Assembly (NCBI GenBank): GCA_964057225.1
Contig: OZ059894.1
Span: 22,382,001-22,446,000, forward strand
DNA: 64,000 nt
Reading direction: 5' to 3'
DNA from: Auanema rhodensis
Taxonomy: Eukaryota > Animalia > Nematoda
The translations under genes and the position numbers were made by a program. Each line of letters begins with the position of its first letter. Position 1 is the first letter of the stretch. This document shows, one piece after another, positions 53,301 through 64,000 of the stretch. Below the pieces are notes generated by a model. That model had not been told where the DNA came from. It saw nothing but the letters and a program-made list of their open reading frames with translations, and did no database searches.

Positions 53301-56300
53301 ATATCAACTGATATAAGTTCACACTTATATCCTCGATTTTCACCCTGAAGGAATAATTTTTTCGTTGAATAACATTGTCCATCGTCTTTGCCTTGAAAAA
53401 AGGAATCTAAAAACATCTACTTTTTGCTAAATTATTTTGAAATTTTTCGAAAAAACTTTTGTCAGAATGTTTTTGGAAGCATTGTTGAGTGTACATGGAA
53501 ACTCAACATACACTAATGCATCATTTTTCAAACGATCATAACTAATTTTTGTATTAAGCGTTTCTCAATGTAGTATAGTGCATTCGATGCGGATTTTTAA
53601 GCTGCGTCGATCTCTGTTATCAGATTTGCGCTAGCTTAAAAATGCACCGAGATATCAACTGATATAAGTTCACACTTATATCCTCGATTTTCACCCTGAA
53701 GGAATAATTTTTTCGTTGAATAACATTGTCCATCGTCTTTGCCTTGAAAAAAGGAATCTAAAAACATCTACTTTTTGCTAAATTATTTTGAAATTTTTCG
53801 AAAAAATTTTTGTCAAAATGTTTTTGGAAGCAATGTTGAGTGTACATGGAAACTCAACATACACTAATGCATCATTTTTCAAACGATCATAACTAATTTT
53901 TGTATTAAGCGTTTCTCAATGTAGTATAGTGCATTCGATGCGGATTTTTAAGCTGCGTCGATCTCTGTTATCAGATTTGCGCTAGCTTAAAAATGCACCG
54001 AGATATCAACTGATATAAGTTCACACTTATATCCTCGATTTTCACCCTGAAGAATTAATTTTTTCGTTGAATAACATTGTCCATCGTCTTTGCCTTGAAT
54101 AAAGGAATCTAAAAACATCTACTTTTTGCTAAATTATTTTGAAATTTTTCGAAAAAATTTTTGTCAAAATGTTTTTGGAAGCAATGTTGAGTGTACATGG
54201 AAACTCAACATACACTAATGCATCATTTTTCAAACGATCATAACTAATTTTTGTATTAAGCGTTTCTCAATGTAGTATAGTGCATTCGATGCGGATTTTT
54301 AAGCTGCGTCGATCTGTGTTATCAGATTTGTGCTAGCTTAAAAATGCACCGAGATATCAACTGATATAAGTTCACACTTATATCCTCGATTTTCACCCTG
54401 AAGGAATAATTTTTTCGTTGAATAACATTGTCCATCGTCTTTGCCTTGAAAAAAGGAATCTAAAAACATCTACTTTTTGCTAAATTATTTTGAAATTTTT
54501 CGAAAAAATTTTTGTCAAAATGTTTTTGGAAGCATTGTTGAGTGTACATGGAAACTCAACATACACTAATGCATCATTTTTCAAACGATCATAACTAATT
54601 TTTGTATTAAGCGTTTCTCAATGTAGTATAGTGCATTCGATGCGGATTTTTAAGCTGCGTCGATCTCTGTTATCAGATTTGCGCTAGCTTAAAAATGCAC
54701 CGAGATATCAACTGATATAAGTTCACACTTGTATCCTCGATTTTCACCCTGAAGGAATAATTTTTTCGTTGAATAACATTGTCCATCGTCTTTGCCTTGA
54801 AAAAAGGAATCTAAAAACATCTACTTTTTGCTAAATTATTTTGAAATTTTTCGAAAAAATTTTTGTCAAAATGTTTTTGGAAGCAATGTTGAGTGTACAT
54901 GGAAACTCAACATACACTAATGCATCATTTTTCAAACGATCATAACTAATTTTTGTATTAAGCGTTTCTCAATGTAGTATAGTGCATTCGATGCGGATTT
55001 TTAAGCTGCGTCGATCTGTGTTATCAGATTTGCGCTAGCTTAAAAATGCACCGAGATATCAACTGATATAAGTTCACACTTATATCCTCGATTTTCACCC
55101 TGAAGAATTAATTTTTTCGTTGAATAACATTGTCCATCGTCTTTGCCTTGAAAAATGAAATCTAAAAACATCTACTTTTTGCTAAATTATTTTGAAATTT
55201 TTCGAAAAAATTTTTGTCAAAATGTTTTTGGAAGCATTGTTGAGTGTACATGGAAACTCAACATACACTAATGCATCATTTTTCAAAGGATCATAACTAA
55301 TTTTTGTATTAAGCGTTTCTCAATGTAGTATAGTGCATTCGATGCGGATTTTTAAGCTGCGTCGATCTGTGTTATCAGATTTGCGCTAGCTTAAAAATGC
55401 ACCGAGATATCAACTGATATAAGTTCACACTTATATCCTCGATTTTCACCCTGAAGAATTAATTTTTTCGTTGAATAACATTGTCCATCGTCTTTGCCTT
55501 GAAAAATGGAATCTAAAAACATCTACTTTTTGCTAAATTATTCTGAAATTTTTCGAAAAAAGTTTTGTCAAAATGTTTTTGGAAGCAATGTTGAGTGTAC
55601 ATGGAAACTCAACATACACTAATGCATCATTTTTCAAACGATCATAACTAATTTTTGTATCAAGCGTTTCTCAATGTAGTTTAGTGCATTCGATGCGGAT
55701 TTTTAAGCTGCGTCGATCTGTGTTATCAGATTTGCGCTAGCTTAAAAATGCACCGAGATATCAACTGATATAAGTTCACACTTATATCCTCGATTTTCAC
55801 CCTGAAGAATTAATTTTTTCGTTGAATAACATTGTCCATCGTCTTTGCCTTGAAAAATGGAATCTAAAAACATCTACTTTTTGCTAAATTATTTTGAAAT
55901 TTTTCGAAAAAATTTTTGTCAAAATGTTTTTGGAAGCAATGTTGAGTGTACATGGAAACTCAACATACACTAATGCATCATTTTTCAAACGATCATAACT
56001 AATTTTTGTATTAAGCGTTTCTCAATGTAGTATAGTGCATTCGATGCGGATTTTTAAGCTGCGTCGATCTGTGTTATCAGATTTGCGCTAGCGTAAAAAT
56101 GCACCGAGATATCAACTGATATAAGTTCACACTTATATCCTCGATTTTCACCCTGAAGAATTAATTTTTTCGTTGAATAACATTGTCCATCGTCTTTGCC
56201 TTGAAAAATGGAATCTAAAAACATCTACTTTTTGCTAAATTATTTTGAAATTTTTCGAAAAAATTTTTGTCAAAATGTTTTTGGAAGCATTGTTGAGTGT

Positions 56301-59300
56301 ATATGGAAACTCAACATACATTAATGCATCATTTTTCAAAGGATCATAACTAATTTTTGTATTAAGCGTTTCTCAATGTAGTATAGTGCATTCGATGCGG
56401 ATTTTTAAGCTGCGTCGATCTGTGTTATCAGATTTGCGCTAGCTTAAAAATGCACCGAGATATCAACTGATATAAGTTCACACTTATATCCTCGATTTTC
56501 ACCCTGAAGAATTAATTTTTTCGTTGAATAACATTGTCCATCGTCTTTGCCTTGAAAAATGGAATCTAAAAACATCTACTTTTTGCTAAATTATTTTGAA
56601 ATTTTTCGAAAAAATTTTTGTCAAAATGTTTTTGGAAGCAATGTTGAGTGTACATGGAAACTCAACATACACTAATGCATCATTTTTCAAACGATCATAA
56701 CTAATTTTTGTATTAAGCGTTTCTCAATGTAGTATAGTGCATTCGATGCGGATTTTTAAGCTGCGTCGATCTGTGTTATCAGATTTGTGCTAGCTTAAAA
56801 ATGCACCGAGATATCAACTGATATAAGTTCACACTTATATCCTCGATTTTCACCCTGAAGGAATAATTTTTTCGTTGAATAACATTGTCCATCGTCTTTG
56901 CCTTGAAAAAAGGAATCTAAAAACATCTACTTTTTGCTAAATTATTTTGAAATTTTTCGAAAAAATTTTTGTCAAAATGTTTTTGGAAGCATTGTTGAGT
57001 GTACATGGAAACTCAACATACACTAATGCATCATTTTTCAAACGATCATAACTAATTTTTGTATTAAGCGTTTCTCAATGTAGTATAGTGCATTCGATGC
57101 GGATTTTTAAGCTGCGTCGATCTCTGTTATCAGATTTGCGCTAGCTTAAAAATGCACCGAGATATCAACTGATATAAGTTCACACTTGTATCCTCGATTT
57201 TCACCCTGAAGGAATAATTTTTTCGTTGAATAACATTGTCCATCGTCTTTGCCTTGAAAAAAGGAATCTAAAAACATCTACTTTTTGCTAAATTATTTTG
57301 AAATTTTTCGAAAAAATTTTTGTCAAAATATTTTTGGAAGCAATGTTGAGTGTACATGGAAACTCAACATACACTAATGCATCATTTTTCAAACGATCAT
57401 AACTAATTTTTGTATTAAGCGTTTCTCAATGTAGTATAGTGCATTCGATGCGGATTTTTAAGCTGCGTCGATCTGTGTTATCAGATTTGCGCTAGCTTAA
57501 AAATGCACCGAGATATCAACTGATATAAGTTCACACTTATATCCTCGATTTTCACCCTGAAGAATTAATTTTTTCGTTGAATAACATTGTCCATCGTCTT
57601 TGCCTTGAAAAATGAAATCTAAAAACATCTACTTTTTGCTAAATTATTTTGAAATTTTTCGAAAAAATTTTTGTCAAAATGTTTTTGGAAGCATTGTTGA
57701 GTGTACATGGAAACTCAACATACACTAATGCATCATTTTTCAAAGGATCATAACTAATTTTTGTATTAAGCGTTTCTCAATGTAGTATAGTGCATTCGAT
57801 GCGGATTTTTAAGCTGCGTCGATCTGTGTTATCAGATTTGCGCTAGCTTAAAAATGCACCGAGATATCAACTGATATAAGTTCACACTTATATCCTCGAT
57901 TTTCACCCTGAAGAATTAATTTTTTCGTTGAATAACATTGTCCATCGTCTTTGCCTTGAAAAATGGAATCTAAAAACATCTACTTTTTGCTAAATTATTC
58001 TGAAATTTTTCGAAAAAAGTTTTGTCAAAATGTTTTTGGAAGCAATGTTGAGTGTACATGGAAACTCAACATACACTAATGCATCATTTTTCAAACGATC
58101 ATAACTAATTTTTGTATCAAGCGTTTCTCAATGTAGTTTAGTGCATTCGATGCGGATTTTTAAGCTGCGTCGATCTGTGTTATCAGATTTGCGCTAGCTT
58201 AAAAATGCACCGAGATATCAACTGATATAAGTTCACACTTATATCCTCGATTTTCACCCTGAAGGAATAATTTTTTCGTTGAATAACATTGTCCATCGTC
58301 TTTGCCTTGAAAAATGGAATCTAAAAACATCTACTTTTTGCTAAATTATTTTGAAATTTTTCGAAAAAATTTTTGTCAAAATGTTTTTGGAAGCAATGTT
58401 GAGTGTACATGGAAACTCAACATACACTAATGCATCATTTTTCAAACGATCATAACTAATTTTTGTATTAAGCGTTTCTCAATGTAGTATAGTGCATTCG
58501 ATGCGGATTTTTAAGCTGCGTCGATCTGTGTTATCAGATTTGCGCTAGCGTAAAAATGCACCGAGATATCAACTGATATAAGTTCACACTTATATCCTCG
58601 ATTTTCACCCTGAAGGAATAATTTTTTCGTTGAATAACATTGTCCATCGTCTTTGCCTTGAAAAATGGAATCTAAAAACATCTACTTTTTGCTAAATTAT
58701 TTTGAAATTTTTCGAAAAAATTTTTGTCAAAATGTTTTTGGAAGCAATGTTGAGTGTACATGGAAACTCAACATACACTAATGCATCATTTTTCAAACGA
58801 TCATAACTAATTTTTGTATTAAGCGTTTCTCAATGTAGTATAGTGCATTCGATGCGGATTTTTAAGCTGCGTCGATCTGTGTTATCAGATTTGCGCTAGC
58901 GTAAAAATGCACCGAGATATCAACTGATATAAGTTCACACTTATATCCTCGATTTTCACCCTGAAGAATTAATTTTTTCGTTGAATAACATTGTCCATCG
59001 TCTTTGCCTTGAAAAATGGAATCTAAAAACATCTACTTTTTGCTAAATTATTTTGAAATTTTTCGAAAAAATTTTTGTCAAAATGTTTTTGGAAGCAATG
59101 TTGAGTGTACATGGAAACTCAACATACACTAATGCATCATTTTTCAAACGATCATAACTAATTTTTGTATCAAGCGTTTCTCAATGTAGTTTAGTGCATT
59201 CGATGCGGATTTTTAAGCTGCGTCGATCTGTGTTATCAGATTTGCGCTAGCTTAAAAATGCACCGAGATATCAACTGATATAAGTTCACACTTATATCCT

Positions 59301-62300
59301 CGATTTTCACCCTGAAGGAATAATTTTTTCGTTGAATAACATTGTCCATCGTCTTTGCCTTGAAAAATGGAATCTAAAAACATCTACTTTTTGCTAAATT
59401 ATTTTGAAATTTTTCGAAAAAATTTTTGTCAAAATGTTTTTGGAAGCAATGTTGAGTGTACATGGAAACTCAACATACACTAATGCATCATTTTTCAAAC
59501 GATCATAACTAATTTTTGTATTAAGCGTTTCTCAATGTAGTATAGTGCATTCGATGCGGATTTTTAAGCTGCGTCGATCTGTGTTATCAGATTTGCGCTA
59601 GCGTAAAAATGCACCGAGATATCAACTGATATAAGTTCACACTTATATCCTCGATTTTCACCCTGAAGAATTAATTTTTTCGTTGAATAACATTGTCCAT
59701 CGTCTTTGCCTTGAAAAATGGAATCTAAAAACATCTACTTTTTGCTAAATTATTTTGAAATTTTTCGAAAAAATTTTTGTCAAAATGTTTTTGGAAGCAT
59801 TGTTGAGTGTATATGGAAACTCAACATACATTAATGCATCATTTTTCAAAGGATCATAACTAATTTTTGTATTAAGCGTTTCTCAATGTAGTATAGTGCA
59901 TTCGATGCGGATTTTTAAGCTGCGTCGATCTGTGTTATCAGATTTGCGCTAGCTTAAAAATGCACCGAGATATCAACTGATATAAGTTCACACTTATATC
60001 CTCGATTTTCACCCTGAAGAATTAATTTTTTCGTTGAATAACATTGTCCATCGTCTTTGCCTTGAAAAATGGAATCTAAAAACATCTACTTTTTGCTAAA
60101 TTATTTTGAAATTTTTCGAAAAAATTTTTGTCAAAATGTTTTTGGAAGCAATGTTGAGTGTACATGGAAACTCAACATACACTAATGCATCATTTTTCAA
60201 ACGATCATAACTAATTTTTGTATCAAGCGTTTCTCAATGTAGTTTAGTGCATTCGATGCGGATTTTTAAGCTGCGTCGATCTGTGTTATCAGATTTGCGC
60301 TAGCTTAAAAATGCACCGAGATATCAACTGATATAAGTTCACACTTATATCCTCGATTTTCACCCTGAAGAATTAATTTTTTCGTTGAATAACATTGTCC
60401 ATCGTCTTTGCCTTGAAAAATGGAATCTAAAAACATCTACTTTTTGCTAAATTATTTTGAAATTTTTCGAAAAAATTTTTGTCAAAATGTTTTTGGAAGC
60501 ATTGTTGAGTGTACATGGAAACTCAACATACACTAATGCATCATTTTTCAAACGATCATAACTAATTTTTGTATCAAGCGTTTCTCAATGTAGTTTAGTG
60601 CATTCGATGCGGATTTTTAAGCTGCGTCGATCTGTGTTATCAGATTTGCGCTAGCTTAAAAATGCACCGAGATATCAACTGATATAAGTTCACACTTATA
60701 TCCTCGATTTTCACCCTGAAGAATTAATTTTTTCGTTGAATAACATTGTCCATCGTCTTTGCCTTGAAAAATGGAATCTAAAAACATCTACTTTTTGCTA
60801 AATTATTTTGAAATTTTTCGAAAAAATTTTTGTCAAAATGTTTTTGGAAGCAATGTTGAGTGTACATGGAAACTCAACATACACTAATGCATCATTTTTC
60901 AAACGATCATAACTAATTTTTGTATCAAGCGTTTCTCAATGTAGTTTAGTGCATTCGATGCGGATTTTTAAGCTGCGTCGATCTGTGTTATCAGATTTGC
61001 GCTAGCTTAAAAATGCACCGAGATATCAACTGATATAAGTTCACACTTATATCCTCGATTTTCACCCTGAAGGAATAATTTTTTCGTTGAATAACATTGT
61101 CCATCGTCTTTGCCTTGAAAAATGGAATCTAAAAACATCTACTTTTTGCTAAATTATTTTGAAATTTTTCGAAAAAATTTTTGTCAAAATGTTTTTGGAA
61201 GCAATGTTGAGTGTACATGGAAACTCAACATACACTAATGCATCATTTTTCAAACGATCATAACTAATTTTTGTATTAAGCGTTTCTCAATGTAGTATAG
61301 TGCATTCGATGCGGATTTTTAAGCTGCGTCGATCTGTGTTATCAGATTTGCGCTAGCGTAAAAATGCACCGAGATATCAACTGATATAAGTTCACACTTA
61401 TATCCTCGATTTTCACCCTGAAGAATTAATTTTTTCGTTGAATAACATTGTCCATCGTCTTTGCCTTGAAAAATGGAATCTAAAAACATCTACTTTTTGC
61501 TAAATTATTTTGAAATTTTTCGAAAAAATTTTTGTCAAAATGTTTTTGGAAGCATTGTTGAGTGTATATGGAAACTCAACATACATTAATGCATCATTTT
61601 TCAAAGGATCATAACTAATTTTTGTATTAAGCGTTTCTCAATGTAGTATAGTGCATTCGATGCGGATTTTTAAGCTGCGTCGATCTGTGTTATCAGATTT
61701 GCGCTAGCTTAAAAATGCACCGAGATATCAACTGATATAAGTTCACACTTATATCCTCGATTTTCACCCTGAAGAATTAATTTTTTCGTTGAATAACATT
61801 GTCCATCGTCTTTGCCTTGAAAAATGGAATCTAAAAACATCTACTTTTTGCTAAATTATTTTGAAATTTTTCGAAAAAATTTTTGTCAAAATGTTTTTGG
61901 AAGCAATGTTGAGTGTACATGGAAACTCAACATACACTAATGCATCATTTTTCAAACGATCATAACTAATTTTTGTATCAAGCGTTTCTCAATGTAGTTT
62001 AGTGCATTCGATGCGGATTTTTAAGCTGCGTCGATCTGTGTTATCAGATTTGCGCTAGCTTAAAAATGCACCGAGATATCAACTGATATAAGTTCACACT
62101 TATATCCTCGATTTTCACCCTGAAGAATTAATTTTTTCGTTGAATAACATTGTCCATCGTCTTTGCCTTGAAAAATGGAATCTAAAAACATCTACTTTTT
62201 GCTATATTATTTTGAAATTTTTCGAAAAAATTTTTGTCAAAATGTTTTTGGAAGCAATGTTGAGTGTACATGGAAACTCAACATACACTAATGCATCATT

Positions 62301-64000
62301 TTTCAAACGATCATAACTAATTTTTGTATCAAGCGTTTCTCAATGTAGTTTAGTGCATTCGATGCGGATTTTTAAGCTGCGTCGATCTGTGTTATCAGAT
62401 TTGCGCTAGCTTAAAAATGCACCGAGATATCAACTGATATAAGTTCACACTTATATCCTCGATTTTCACCCTGAAGGAATAATTTTTTCGTTGAATAACA
62501 TTGTCCATCGTCTTTGCCTTGAAAAATGGAATCTAAAAACATCTACTTTTTGCTAAATTATTTTGAAATTTTTCGAAAAAATTTTTGTCAAAATGTTTTT
62601 GGAAGCAATGTTGAGTGTACATGGAAACTCAACATACACTAATGCATCATTTTTCAAACGATCATAACTAATTTTTGTATTAAGCGTTTCTCAATGTAGT
62701 ATAGTGCATTCGATGCGGATTTTTAAGCTGCGTCGATCTGTGTTATCAGATTTGCGCTAGCGTAAAAATGCACCGAGATATCAACTGATATAAGTTCACA
62801 CTTATATCCTCGATTTTCACCCTGAAGAATTAATTTTTTCGTTGAATAACATTGTCCATCGTCTTTGCCTTGAAAAATGGAATCTAAAAACATCTACTTT
62901 TTGCTAAATTATTTTGAAATTTTTCGAAAAAATTTTTGTCAAAATGTTTTTGGAAGCATTGTTGAGTGTATATGGAAACTCAACATACATTAATGCATCA
63001 TTTTTCAAAGGATCATAACTAATTTTTGTATTAAGCGTTTCTCAATGTAGTATAGTGCATTCGATGCGGATTTTTAAGCTGCGTCGATCTGTGTTATCAG
63101 ATTTGCGCTAGCTTAAAAATGCACCGAGATATCAACTGATATAAGTTCACACTTATATCCTCGATTTTCACCCTGAAGAATTAATTTTTTCGTTGAATAA
63201 CATTGTCCATCGTCTTTGCCTTGAAAAATGGAATCTAAAAACATCTACTTTTTGCTAAATTATTTTGAAATTTTTCGAAAAAATTTTTGTCAAAATGTTT
63301 TTGGAAGCAATGTTGAGTGTACATGGAAACTCAACATACACTAATGCATCATTTTTCAAACGATCATAACTAATTTTTGTATCAAGCGTTTCTCAATGTA
63401 GTTTAGTGCATTCGATGCGGATTTTTCAGCTGCGTCGATCTGTGTTATCAGATTTGCGCTAGCTAAAAAATGCACCGAGATATCAACTGATATAAGTTCA
63501 CACTTATATCCTCGATTTTCACCCTGAAGGAATAATTTTTTCGTTGAATAACATTGTCCATCGTCTTTGCCTTGAAAAAAGGAATCTAAAAACATCTACT
63601 TTTTGCTAAATTATTTTGAAATTTTTCGAAAAAACTTTTGTCAAAATGTTTTTGGAAGCATTGTTGAGTGTACATGGAAACTCAACATACACTAATGCAT
63701 CATTTTTCAAACGATCATAACTAATTTTTGTATTAAGCGTTTCTCAATGTAGTATAGTGCATTCGATGCGGATTTTTAAGCTGCGTCGATCTCTGTTATC
63801 AGATTTGCGCTAGCTTAAAAATGCACCGAGATATCAACTGATATAAGTTCACACTTATATCCTCGATTTTCACCCTGAAGGAATAATTTTTTCGTTGAAT
63901 AACACTGTCCATCGTCTTTGCCTTGAAAAAAGGAATCTAAAAACATCTACTTTTTGCTAAATTATTTTGAAATTTTTCGAAAAAATTTTTGTCAAAATGT
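26322..64000. repeat. Satellite haplotype domain C (monomers 76-183)
   Basis: The junction variant GAAGGAATAA first appears near 26316-26325. GCATTGTTG, TCAAAGGATC and GTATCAAGCG...GTAGTTTAG occur only downstream of this point. Confidence 0.85.
40015..45981. repeat. Local 4-monomer higher-order repeat (1404 bp) with one truncated 2-monomer unit
   Basis: The marker monomer (TTTTTCAGCT...AGCTAAAAAAT) starts at 40366, 41770, 42472, 43876 and 45280, giving spacings of 1404, 702, 1404 and 1404. These match ORF-track coordinates 40541, 41945, 42647, 44051 and 45455. Confidence 0.85.

Larger units (their letters stand above)
1..64000. repeat. Satellite DNA array, 351-bp monomer, about 182.3 head-to-tail copies, extends beyond both window edges
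   Basis: The unit recurs every 351 bp (starts at 1, 352, 703, 3511, 7021 ... 56161, 59671, 63181), and ORF-track spacings are multiples of 351 apart from the listed indels. I counted 110 G+C in 351 nt. No unique sequence anywhere. Confidence 0.99.

Noticed and set aside
1-64000. CRISPR array or repeat-spacer system
   Set aside because: There are no unique spacers: the whole 351 bp is repeated, and there are no cas-like or other genes.
1-64000. Giant coding repeat (351 = 117 codons)
   Set aside because: No ORF in the track exceeds 79 aa, so no frame stays open across a monomer, and frameshifting indels occur.

Overview
The whole 64-kb window is one uninterrupted, head-to-tail tandem array of an AT-rich 351-bp satellite monomer (about 31% GC by hand count). 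It holds 182 complete monomers plus 118 bp of a 183rd, with phase defined as TTAATTTTTTCGTTGAA starting at 1, 352, 703 ... 63181, 63532, 63883. I see no genes, RNA genes, transposon insertions, CRISPR spacers or orientation switches, and every ORF in the track is a repeat-derived frame opened by copy-specific substitutions. Copies differ by only a few substitutions each. Five monomers are 350 bp and one is 356 bp. Diagnostic variants divide the array into three haplotype domains (about 1-17.2 kb, 17.2-26.3 kb and 26.3-64 kb) and show local higher-order duplications of 3, 4, 5, 7, 8 and 10 monomers, plus displaced blocks at offsets of 9, 13 and possibly 29 monomers. The monomer is rich in dyad symmetry (four stem-loop elements) and is not CpG-depleted. 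This fits a recently homogenised eukaryotic (peri)centromeric-type satellite. I cannot assign the family or organism from the sequence alone, and I found no supportable protein-coding or defence system.
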